A stretch of DNA of 64,000 nucleotides from a bacterium (lineage in GTDB: Bacteria; Patescibacteriota; Minisyncoccia; Minisyncoccales; GWA2-46-15), in contig JAUYAM010000002.1 of NCBI GenBank assembly GCA_030693425.1, positions 81,151-145,150 on the forward strand. Direction: 5' to 3'. Both the position numbers and the translations under genes were made by a program. This document shows, in pieces, positions 19,309 to 27,795 of the stretch; position 1 is the stretch's first letter; every line of letters starts with the position of its first letter. The notes beneath the pieces are model-generated. The model had not been told where the DNA came from, ran no database searches, and was given only the letters and a program-made list of their open reading frames with translations.

Positions 19309-19902
19309 TTATTCCTCTCCCATCTTTTCTAGGACGACTCTCATAATTTCACTATGGATTTCAAGAGGTTTCTTTTCGCCATCCAGAATCACCCAGCCCT
19401 CGGCACAAGCCAGCGTTTCGTAGGCTTCGGCCATACGGGCATGGTATTCTAGATCCTTACCGTCAAAGAAATCTCTTCCACGAGCTTCAGTGCGTAATCC
19501 TGCCCTTTCTGGAGAAATCTTCAGAAGGAAAGTCAGATCTGGCTTTTTACCCTCAAAGGCAATCTTGTTTAATCTTCTTCTCAGGCCCTCATCCTGAGAC
19601 AAAAGACCAAATTGAGAGTGGTATGCCAAGTATGACTCATCCCACCGGTCTGCAAGGACGATTTGCCCAGCTCCCAGGGCCTCCGTGGCTTTTACGAACT
19701 GCTGGCGATGCAAAGCCTGAAAAGCCAGTGTGATAGCGACATCGTCCCAGTACAAGAAGAAATGAGATAGACCCTCCTTCTCTGCCTCATCATATGCCTT
19801 AGAGATAAATATTCTAAGTCCTTTTCTCTCCAAGACTTCTCGTAAAAGATAGATCTGCGTACCCTTTCCGCAACCATCAATTCCAGTTATACAGATTAAC
19901 AT
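19309..19902 (-). CDS. thymidylate kinase-like P-loop kinase
   Basis: GIDGCGKGT P-loop, ADRWDESYLAYH (DR motif region) and a PDLTFLLKISPERAGLR lid-like region. Clearly GC-richer than its neighbours and has a GGAGG SD 6 nt upstream. Confidence 0.65.
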   Translation of the reverse strand: MLICITGIDGCGKGTQIYLLREVLERKGLRIFISKAYDEAEKEGLSHFFLYWDDVAITLAFQALHRQQFVKATEALGAGQIVLADRWDESYLAYHSQFGLLSQDEGLRRRLNKIAFEGKKPDLTFLLKISPERAGLRTEARGRDFFDGKDLEYHARMAEAYETLACAEGWVILDGEKKPLEIHSEIMRVVLEKMGEE

Positions 19903-19943
19903 CGGAAGCCTCCTTCCTTCTCTCGAGCCTATGTTCTAGACAA

Positions 19944-20864
19944 TTAATGATCTATATAACAATAACACAAACCTGTTCTCAAAGCAACTCTTGGGCGCCA
20001 TTTGGTCAATTCATTAATCTTTTTTATATCTGCTCTAATAATAGAAGAATCTAATATTCTTTGTCTTAGTTTTACAGATTTTAGTTCAAACCTTTTTCCC
20101 GAGATATTATTTAAAATTCCAAATACCTGCTCTACCGACCATGCCTTGCCGGTTCCTACATTGAAAATCTGATTTTTACAATTAGTCTTAGTAAGGCTAA
20201 TTACGATGGCTCTTACAACATCCTCCACCCAAATATAATCCCTTCTACTTTTGAGATTACCTAGTTTTACCTCTTTATCTGCTTTCATTTGTTTGATTAT
20301 CTCGGGAATCAAGTGCGATGTTGTATCGTTTGGGCCGTACACATTAAATAGCCTCAAGGCCGTATAATCAATTCCGAATATGGGACTTAAAGTTCCTATT
20401 ATTTTCTCCCCTAATATTTTTGAAGCTCCATATATATCTAAAGATCCAACCTTATCAGTTTCTTTATGGGGCTTATTGCTGGGATAATAAACAGACGCTG
20501 AGGAAGAAAATATAAGTCTCTTTATGCCGTATTTTTTCATTAAAACAAGGATATTAAGGGTTCCGATTACATTTGTTTCAATCGTTTCTTTTTTATGGGC
20601 TTGACAATAAGGCATATAATGCTTTGCTGCTAAATGAATAATTGTGTCTATCTTCTCTTTTTTGAATACGTCCTCCAGTAGATTGCTCTTATATATATCT
20701 ACTTTATAAAATTTTACTTCGTTATTGATAAACGGTTTTCTTTCAGAAGACAGGTCATCAATTACAATTACCTTATACCCTAATTTTATAAGACTATTAA
20801 CCAAAAAGCTTCCTATAAATCCGCATCCTCCCGTCACAAGAATATTACTCTGTTTTCTTTTCAT
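19944..20864 (-). CDS. NAD-dependent nucleotide-sugar epimerase/dehydratase (SDR)
   Basis: VTGGCGFIGS Rossmann motif and catalytic YGASK. Confidence 0.8.
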   Translation of the reverse strand: MKRKQSNILVTGGCGFIGSFLVNSLIKLGYKVIVIDDLSSERKPFINNEVKFYKVDIYKSNLLEDVFKKEKIDTIIHLAAKHYMPYCQAHKKETIETNVIGTLNILVLMKKYGIKRLIFSSSASVYYPSNKPHKETDKVGSLDIYGASKILGEKIIGTLSPIFGIDYTALRLFNVYGPNDTTSHLIPEIIKQMKADKEVKLGNLKSRRDYIWVEDVVRAIVISLTKTNCKNQIFNVGTGKAWSVEQVFGILNNISGKRFELKSVKLRQRILDSSIIRADIKKINELTKWRPRVALRTGLCYCYIDH

Positions 20865-21420
20865 ATATAAGTTTTTCTATTAAGTTTCTGATTATTTTTT
20901 CTTCTACAAATGCACTATCTTTAAAAACATTTAAACTTTTAGTGTTGTCTTTACCAAATAGCATTTCGCAATAAAGTTTTAAATTTCGATTATAATTTCT
21001 GACAAGTTTATCATTAATCAGAATAAATTCTTTTAAATCCTTATTATCAAGAGATTTAGTTCCTATAAGGTAATCTTTATAGTTTATGTTAAAAATAATA
21101 CATAGGTCAAAGTTTTTATACGCCAAAAATCTCTCGTCTGCAATTAGTTTTCGTACGAGCGCATCTTTACTATCTCTACTTTTTATAAAAGATAGAGTAG
21201 AAGCAACAGACCTTTCTAAAACAACATCTGATTCCACTTCCATAGCCTTTTCTAAATTTTCTAAGTGCTTGTCATAATACCATCTATCTAGATCGGTTTT
21301 TTCTAATTTATGCTTTTTATGATCTGGCTCTCTTATAAATACAAAATCGTGCTTTTTTTCCAGAAATTCGCAAGCCAAGGTTTTTCCCAAAGCCCATAGG
21401 CCTTCAATTACGATTTTCAT
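20845..21420 (-). CDS. P-loop nucleoside/nucleotide kinase-like protein (deoxynucleoside kinase-like)
   Basis: Walker A GLWALGKT, REPD, and an ERS motif (VLERSVAS) as in dNK-family kinases. Weak assignment. Confidence 0.45.
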   Translation of the reverse strand: MKIVIEGLWALGKTLACEFLEKKHDFVFIREPDHKKHKLEKTDLDRWYYDKHLENLEKAMEVESDVVLERSVASTLSFIKSRDSKDALVRKLIADERFLAYKNFDLCIIFNINYKDYLIGTKSLDNKDLKEFILINDKLVRNYNRNLKLYCEMLFGKDNTKSLNVFKDSAFVEEKIIRNLIEKLIYEKKTE

Positions 21421-22636
21421 AATTTAAAGTTATATAATCTGGAACAGTAGACGAAAATTTTACTCTTTTTTCTTCCAGCCACATAGGTAGGGGCGATAGT
21501 CGTTGAAAAAAAATTTTATTCTTTTTCTCCTTATCCTTAACCCCAAGAACGAAAGAGCTTCTTTTTTTCTTAAATTTTGTTTTCTTGTAAAGCTTAATTA
21601 CTTTCTCGGCTATAAAATCAAATGAAAACTTTTTGCAAACTATTTCCCGCGCTTTTTTACTTTGTTCGGTTGCTACTTTCAGGTCATCCAATAGTTTCTC
21701 AACTAATTTCGGATATTTAGTGATATCATTTTCAATAATTGCAATATTGCGTGGATAACCTGAAATTCCCATTTCAGTAGATACTATAGGAAGCCCTGAG
21801 GCCGCGTAATTTAAAAGTTTTACTTTCATTCCAGAACCTTCAAAGACCGGTGCTATTGCAATAGAAGATTCTTTCAAAAAGGGCCTAATATCATCCACCC
21901 CTCCAGTAAAAACAACCTTGTCGGAAGAGAATTTCCTGCGGAAAGAATCTTCTACCATGCCAATACACAACAGTCTGGCATTGATATGGGGCACTATCAT
22001 TTTAATTGCTATTTCTGCAGCATTTCTGTTTGGTTCATAGAACATATTCCCCAGAAAAATAATTTGTCTTTTAGGTAAATTAGGAGAATTATACTTAAAA
22101 TAATCAGTATCTATACCGTTCGGTATTAAATTTATTTTATCCTTGAGTATGCCCATGTGAATGAATTCTTTTTTATCTTTAGGCGTCATACATATTACCT
22201 CATGAGAAAGATAGCCGGCAGAATATTGTATAAATTCTGAAATATCAATATCCTGTCTATCGCACCCGAGAGTCTTCTTTATAATTGCGTCACAATCATG
22301 CATCTCTGTAACAAGCGGAATTCTTAATTCATTAGAATAATATGCCCCGTACGAAAGCACCGATGAAGAGTTATTCACTTGGATAATGTCTGGCTTTTCT
22401 TTGCTAATAACGTTTTTTACGAAGTCTATCTTTTTATAAAAAACTTCTGGTGAAAATATATGAAATACAAAAGGTTCCTTTTTTAGGTCGTTATGGGAAA
22501 CCCATCCTCTCTCGCAAAGAAACATTACAACTCTAACCCCCTTTTCTTCAAGTTTTTTAGATAAATAGTACAGACGAAAGGCTACACCGCTTTTGGGAGG
22601 TATTTCAATGCCATCAAAGATTATACCTATTTTCAT
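21404..22636 (-). CDS. GT-B glycosyltransferase (family 4/1-like)
   Basis: 410 aa with two Rossmann-like halves. C-terminal EGSGMKVKLLNYAASGLPIVST matches the GT4 E-x7-E region. Confidence 0.75.
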   Translation of the reverse strand: MKIGIIFDGIEIPPKSGVAFRLYYLSKKLEEKGVRVVMFLCERGWVSHNDLKKEPFVFHIFSPEVFYKKIDFVKNVISKEKPDIIQVNNSSSVLSYGAYYSNELRIPLVTEMHDCDAIIKKTLGCDRQDIDISEFIQYSAGYLSHEVICMTPKDKKEFIHMGILKDKINLIPNGIDTDYFKYNSPNLPKRQIIFLGNMFYEPNRNAAEIAIKMIVPHINARLLCIGMVEDSFRRKFSSDKVVFTGGVDDIRPFLKESSIAIAPVFEGSGMKVKLLNYAASGLPIVSTEMGISGYPRNIAIIENDITKYPKLVEKLLDDLKVATEQSKKAREIVCKKFSFDFIAEKVIKLYKKTKFKKKRSSFVLGVKDKEKKNKIFFQRLSPLPMWLEEKRVKFSSTVPDYITLNYENRN

Positions 22637-22872
22637 GATAGAAGATGTTCTTTCTTAAAATATTTATAATGATTCCTTTCCTTTTTGCTATGATTTGATC
22701 TACCAGCATTTTCATCTCCAAAAAAAGAAGCAAGCAGCCTTGCCAACCCTTTATTAAAGCAATACACTCTCCTGTTTTTGTAATTATAAATGTAAATTTT
22801 GTCGTTTATCTCTTTTGCTATTATCATAATTGTCGTCGTTTTTATATTTATGCTATTTCCTTCAGAATCCAT
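22633..22872 (-). CDS. hypothetical small protein (79 aa)
   Basis: ATGA overlap with the glycosyltransferase gene. Faint resemblance of KIYIYNYKNRRVYCFNKGLARLL to PqqD-like peptide-binding domains, which is not enough to call. Confidence 0.3.
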   Translation of the reverse strand: MDSEGNSINIKTTTIMIIAKEINDKIYIYNYKNRRVYCFNKGLARLLASFFGDENAGRSNHSKKERNHYKYFKKEHLLS

Positions 22873-22975
22873 AAGGTTACTTGTAATAATCTTGTTTTTC
22901 CAACATTAAAGCAGTTTTTAGTAGCAAACTCGAGCTTTGCAATTTCTGGCCTCCGACGCCAAAGACCACTTCTAT

Positions 22976-23299
22976 TCATATTACTACCTCTGAAACATTC
23001 TCGGGAGTTAAATCTCCTCCCCTAGTAAAGATATTGGGCTTTATTTTCTCCAGTGTCTTAATTACTGTTCTGTGTTTGTCTATTGATAATACTGCTTCGT
23101 CCACCCACTTAATTGCTTTCACTATTTCAAATTTCTCTTTTCCTATCATAAAAGGCGCGCTTCCCTTTAATTTCACCTGTTCATCATTGTTCACTATCAC
23201 TATCAATTTATCTCCAAGCTTCTTGGCACCTCTTAAATATTTTAAATGTCCTATATGAATTGGATTAAAATATCCGCTGGCAACAACTATTTTCATCAT
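22976..23299 (-). CDS. cytidylyltransferase-fold nucleotidyltransferase, ends at an in-frame TGA (see finding)
   Basis: GYFNPIHIGH (HxGH) nucleotidyltransferase motif. 107 aa is short for the family. The same frame continues for 32 protein-like codons after the TGA. Confidence 0.65.
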   Translation of the reverse strand: MMKIVVASGYFNPIHIGHLKYLRGAKKLGDKLIVIVNNDEQVKLKGSAPFMIGKEKFEIVKAIKWVDEAVLSIDKHRTVIKTLEKIKPNIFTRGGDLTPENVSEVVI

Positions 23300-23362
23300 T
23301 TTGATCTTATGAAAATAACCCTGTAAATCTAAAATTTTTATGATTATCTATAAAGAGTTTAA

Positions 23363-24079
23363 CTAGAAATATCCATCTATTTCTTTGTCTAGTCGTTTAA
23401 AAAAATCTGCCATAAATTTATGCCTATCTATCGCCATTTTTTTACCTTCTTCTGTAAGCATTCTGTCTTTAATTTTACAAAGCTTAACACTAAATTCTCT
23501 ATAGGCAGTATCCTCTTTCGTATATGGCTTGGTTTTTTCCAGATCAATATCTTTATTATGAAGTCTGGCTCCGATTTCCCCAGAAAACAGAAAAGCCCTT
23601 CCTATGCCACAAGCTCCAATGGCATCAAGTTTATCCGCATCAAATAAGATTTGGGCCTCTCTACTCTGCGGGAAATTATTGCTTCTAAATCTGTGCGTTT
23701 TTATACAAGAAATAATTTTTTCTATTTTTTCTTGATCAATGTTATGTTTTTCTAAAAGTTCTTTGGCCAAAATCGCTCCCTTTTTGGCGTGACAAACCTT
23801 TCCATTTGACTTATATTCTTCTTCTCTGCCTATATCGTGTAAAATCGCGGCCATCCCTAGAACCTCTGTATCTACATTTTCCAAGCTACCTATTTTAATA
23901 CAAAGATTATAAACTCTTAAAGTATGGTCCCAGTTGTGGCTTCCTCTAGAATTTATAAAAAACTTCCTTGCTTCTTTTTTGATTCCCGACCAATCAAGAG
24001 TCAATCCATTCTTCTTATAAATTTTTCCTTTTTGCTGCCCTATTTCTTTGGGACTCCCTTTAAACGTTTTTATTTCCAT
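23363..24079 (-). CDS. HD-domain phosphohydrolase
   Basis: WDHTLRV, AAILHDIGR, FDADKLDAIG. Confidence 0.75.
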   Translation of the reverse strand: MEIKTFKGSPKEIGQQKGKIYKKNGLTLDWSGIKKEARKFFINSRGSHNWDHTLRVYNLCIKIGSLENVDTEVLGMAAILHDIGREEEYKSNGKVCHAKKGAILAKELLEKHNIDQEKIEKIISCIKTHRFRSNNFPQSREAQILFDADKLDAIGACGIGRAFLFSGEIGARLHNKDIDLEKTKPYTKEDTAYREFSVKLCKIKDRMLTEEGKKMAIDRHKFMADFFKRLDKEIDGYF

Positions 24080-24356
24080 ACAAATAAATTAGATTTAGTG
24101 TTTAAATTTATCGCAGAGCTACTCGAGTCACAGCTCTCTCGCGATCACTCGGGTCTGCACGATAAGAAATGGTCGTGGCGGGACACTCGGGTTAAGTGCC
24201 CAGGGTAGCCACATTTTTAAGAACATTATAGGTCTTTTTAGGCGATTTTGCCAGGGTTGAATTATTTCAATTGGCTGGTTTATATTAAACCCATCAGGCA
24301 CTGGGTTACGCACATCCCGAGAGTTCGTACACACTTTCACCTAATTTGTTATAACC

Positions 24357-24922
24357 GTGATATTATTATTAATAATAGATAAGTATTTTTTAATTTTAAT
24401 TTTATTTTACCTAATATTCTTAGGAGCCCTTTTTGAAGCCCCTTGGCTTCCTACAATGAAAAAGAACTTCGATAGAATAGCAAAATTAGCGGGTCTGCAA
24501 CCAGGCATGTTGTTTTATGATCTGGGTAGCGGTAGCGGTGAATTGTTATTTTGCTTATCAAAGAAATATGATGTGAATTGTATCGGGATAGAGATTTCAC
24601 CGCTTCTGTACTTGTATTCAAAAATCAAATCTTTATTTTTTAACAAAGTAAAAATTAGATACGGCAATTTTTACAAATACGATTTATCAAAAGCAGATGC
24701 GGTTTATGTTTTTCTATTCCCAAAAGCTTACTATAGATTAAAAACCAAAATTAGCTCGGGACTAAAAAAGGAGCAAGGGTAATATTATCTTACTGGCCCT
24801 TTGAATACTGGGAACCAACCGAAATAAGCGAAAAAGAAAATTCAGTCACCTATTATTTATATATTGTGCAAAAAGAAAAGGAAGGTTATTTTTTGTCAGT
24901 TAAAGCGGGAAGTTCAATATAA
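24357..24922 (+). pseudogene. TM-anchored class I SAM-dependent methyltransferase, frameshifted at an A6 run
   Basis: Track ORF 24357..24782 (GTG start) has motif I, FYDLGSGSGELL. After the A-run at about 24764-24769 the next frame reads KKGARVILSYWPFEYW, the expected continuation. Confidence 0.55.
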
Positions 24923-25137
24923 AAAGAGGTGCCTTTGTTTTTTCCGGCCGATTCAACTCTGATATCTCCGCCGTGGAGCCTGACGAATTTCTGGGCGATG
25001 TAAAGGCCAAGACCGGCTCCTTCGGTCCAGTATTTTCCGTCGGCCTGGCCTCTGGAAAAGCTTCGGAAAAGCTCTTTTAAGTCTTGTTTACTGATGCCCG
25101 CTCCCGTGTCTTTTATTTCTATGACGACTTTTTGGGG
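24886..25137 (-). pseudogene. orphan 3' fragment of sensor histidine kinase (fragment B), fused to antisense aminotransferase sequence
   Basis: Encodes VVIEIKDTGAGISKQDLKELFRSFSRG...GLGLYIAQKFVRLHGGDIRVESAGKNKGTSFYIELP. The N-terminal MPSALVDHCHPP of the 94-aa ORF is antisense to the repeat copy. Confidence 0.85.
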
Positions 25138-25301
25138 CGGGTGACAATGATCAACGAGTGCGCTTGGCAATAGGAGTTAATTCCAGTTTGGAAATTCAAG
25201 GCATTTCTTCACAATTAGATCTGTCTTAACTAATAGATAATTTTTCTGCGCCTCGGGCTTCTCGGATATTTTGAAAGCCGTCTTTTTTCAAAAGTTGCAC
25301 C
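25129..25301. repeat. 173-bp direct repeat, copy 2 (antisense-orphan aminotransferase 3' fragment plus functional pyrD 3' end)
   Basis: Hand alignment to 17983..18155 gives 7 mismatches. Confidence 0.9.
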
Positions 25302-26356
25302 AAACCGCGATTGATTTCGCTGATGAACTGCGGGCCCTCAAAAATCATTCCGGTAATGAGTTGGACCAGCGAAGCGCCCGCTTTAATTTTTGTATAGGCG
25401 TCAATGGCTGAAAAAATGCCGCCGCAGCCAATAATAATATATTTTCCACCGCTTTTCCGATAAATGAAGCGAATTTGAGCGTTGGACAACTCTTCTGTTG
25501 GCTTTCCGCTAATGCCGCCTTTTTCTGGAACTATCTGATCGCCCATTTTTAACGCGCTTCTATTTTTAGTAAGATTGCCGCAGATAAATCCATGAATGCG
25601 GTGGTTCTCGCATACTCGGAGGATAGCGTCAATCTGTTCTTCGCTTAGATCAGGAGACATTTTTAAAAAGATGGGTTTCTTCGTAGAAACGGCGTCAATT
25701 GCTAAAAGAAGACGGTTGAGTCGATCGGGTTCGGTAAAGGGCTCGCCGCCAAAAGCGTTCGGGCAGCTAATGTTGATGGTAAAGTAATGACCAATATCAA
25801 CAAACTGGCGAAACGCTTTTAGATAATCGTTAATTCCGGCTTCGGTTTCAACCGTGGCTAAACTATTAGTCTTGGCAATACTTGTTCCGAGAGGGATTTT
25901 GAAATTTTTTGAGCGTAACCGGCCAGCTATTTTTTCACATCCTTGATTCTTTAATCCGTAATATACTAGGAGAGAGCGCGATTCTTTCAAACGCCATAAC
26001 CGCGGCTTAGGATTGCCTTCGCACGGTTCACCGGTGATGGATCCTACTTCCGCAAATCCAAACCCAACGCAAGGAAGAATGTCAGTGAGCAAGGCGTCTT
26101 TATCAAAGCCAGCAGCCAATCCCACTGGATTAGGAAAATGTATTCCGAGGAGATTTTGTTCCAGCATCGGATGAGTAAAAGAAAATGACAGCGACGTTGC
26201 CTTTCTTGTAATCGCGCGTTGTCCGAGAAACTTGCCTATCCGCGTCATGGCGTTGTGAACTTCTTCCGGATCGAGGCGAAAATAAATAGGTTTTAATATA
26301 TTGGCGTAAAAAAAGTGAAACAATTTGTTTCGCGCCGCTATCGTCAAATTATTCAT
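25226..26356 (-). CDS. pyrD: dihydroorotate dehydrogenase, class 2 (quinone-type)
   Basis: 376 aa. N-terminal extension typical of class 2, plus GLAAGFDKDA and GCGGIFSAIDAY motifs. Confidence 0.85.
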   Translation of the reverse strand: MNNLTIAARNKLFHFFYANILKPIYFRLDPEEVHNAMTRIGKFLGQRAITRKATSLSFSFTHPMLEQNLLGIHFPNPVGLAAGFDKDALLTDILPCVGFGFAEVGSITGEPCEGNPKPRLWRLKESRSLLVYYGLKNQGCEKIAGRLRSKNFKIPLGTSIAKTNSLATVETEAGINDYLKAFRQFVDIGHYFTINISCPNAFGGEPFTEPDRLNRLLLAIDAVSTKKPIFLKMSPDLSEEQIDAILRVCENHRIHGFICGNLTKNRSALKMGDQIVPEKGGISGKPTEELSNAQIRFIYRKSGGKYIIIGCGGIFSAIDAYTKIKAGASLVQLITGMIFEGPQFISEINRGLVQLLKKDGFQNIREARGAEKLSIS

Positions 26357-26432
26357 AGTCCATTTCTTAGTTTTATTTCTAAAGGCGACTGTCGCCTTAT
26401 AGCAAGAAGAAAATCGTCAGTAAAATAATCGT

Positions 26433-27764
26433 TTAGGGTGAAAACTGGCTGGCGACTCGAGCAAAATCCCAGATTCCCGTCCGATTCGACTCCCCTATTT
26501 TCAAATGGTCCAAGCAATGATTCTCCCTTAGCTTTTTGATGAGATGAGCGGTGTAAGCCGGGGCGCCGGTGGCGCCGGGGGAGTTAAAGTTCAAGACGTG
26601 GAAGGATCTGTGACCGAAAATTTCCAATGCTTCTTTGACGAATTTCCCCTGACGATCAATGACCGGACTGCGAATGCCGGCCGAGCCTTTCTTCGTTAGA
26701 TATTCTGGTTTGACGCCGGGTAAAAACTTCCTGACTCGTCGGACCATTGCTTCCTTAAAAAAAGAACTTTGCCACTCTTCCAGGGCCAAGCGCAGAAACT
26801 CATGATTCATCATCAGTTTGATTTTATTTGCCAGGGGCATTTCAAAAACTTTCTTTAAGCCGGAAAGCGGATTCTCGAAAAATCCTTTATAGGCGTAAGG
26901 GCCCAGAACCGGCACGGCCGTTGGGCCGATCTCAACTTGATCGTCCCAACGGCTGATCCAGTGCGGGTCGAGAAAAGGAAATTCCGAGTGGCGCGGCACC
27001 GAGTAGATATTATGATTGGCCAAACCGGCTCGCGCCGGATCAACGATCCAGTATTCTCCGCGGAAATTTAAGTCGGTTAAATCTCGCGCCACGCCCAGAA
27101 GATGGGCAATTTTTACGGCTTGGCCGCCGGCGCAGTTCAGCACATATTTGGCCGAAAGATTTTTGCCGTTAGCAAGGGCGAGGTCAAGACAGCCGCCGGT
27201 TTTTTTGATTTTTTTAACCTCGCATTCCAGCAAAAATTCAACCCCGTCGTTTTCCGCGTCGCTTCTTAAACTTTTTGTCAATGCGTAAAAATCGGTGGCA
27301 ACGTCCGTTTTGCAGAAAAAAGCTCCTCGGCACTCTATATTCGGCTCCATTTTCTTTGCCTCCGCCGAATCCAGAAGCTCGATTTCCTTTTCGTCCATTC
27401 CGTTCTCCGCCGACCATTTCTGGTATTTCTTGAGGGTCAGCAGATCGGCCTCGTTAAGAGCCACCTCGAGCGTTCCCCTTTTGACCCAGGGGAGCTGTTT
27501 CAGCGAAGCGTATTTTTCCCAGAGCGGAAAAGACAAGAGAGCCGAGCGGGCGAAAATTTTCTTTTTTTCCGGATCGAGGTAAAACGGCCGGTGGACAACT
27601 CCGGTATTACGCTTGGTGGCGTGCAGGCCGGTGTCGTTCTCTTTTTCTATGACGACAATCCCCCCTGTTTCGTAAATGGTTGCCAGCCAATAAGCCAGGG
27701 TTGTTCCCAGAATTCCTCCGCCTACGATCGCCAGATTGTATGTTTTGCTTTTTGGCAGATCCAT
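26433..27764 (-). CDS. FAD-dependent oxidoreductase, L-2-hydroxyglutarate oxidase (LhgO)-like
   Basis: IVGGGILGT dinucleotide fold, with FRGEYW and NFNSPGATGAPA motifs as in the LhgO/DAO family. Confidence 0.6.
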   Translation of the reverse strand: MDLPKSKTYNLAIVGGGILGTTLAYWLATIYETGGIVVIEKENDTGLHATKRNTGVVHRPFYLDPEKKKIFARSALLSFPLWEKYASLKQLPWVKRGTLEVALNEADLLTLKKYQKWSAENGMDEKEIELLDSAEAKKMEPNIECRGAFFCKTDVATDFYALTKSLRSDAENDGVEFLLECEVKKIKKTGGCLDLALANGKNLSAKYVLNCAGGQAVKIAHLLGVARDLTDLNFRGEYWIVDPARAGLANHNIYSVPRHSEFPFLDPHWISRWDDQVEIGPTAVPVLGPYAYKGFFENPLSGLKKVFEMPLANKIKLMMNHEFLRLALEEWQSSFFKEAMVRRVRKFLPGVKPEYLTKKGSAGIRSPVIDRQGKFVKEALEIFGHRSFHVLNFNSPGATGAPAYTAHLIKKLRENHCLDHLKIGESNRTGIWDFARVASQFSP

Positions 27765-27795
27765 TCTTGCTGTTTTTTGGCCCAGTCGGCTCCTC

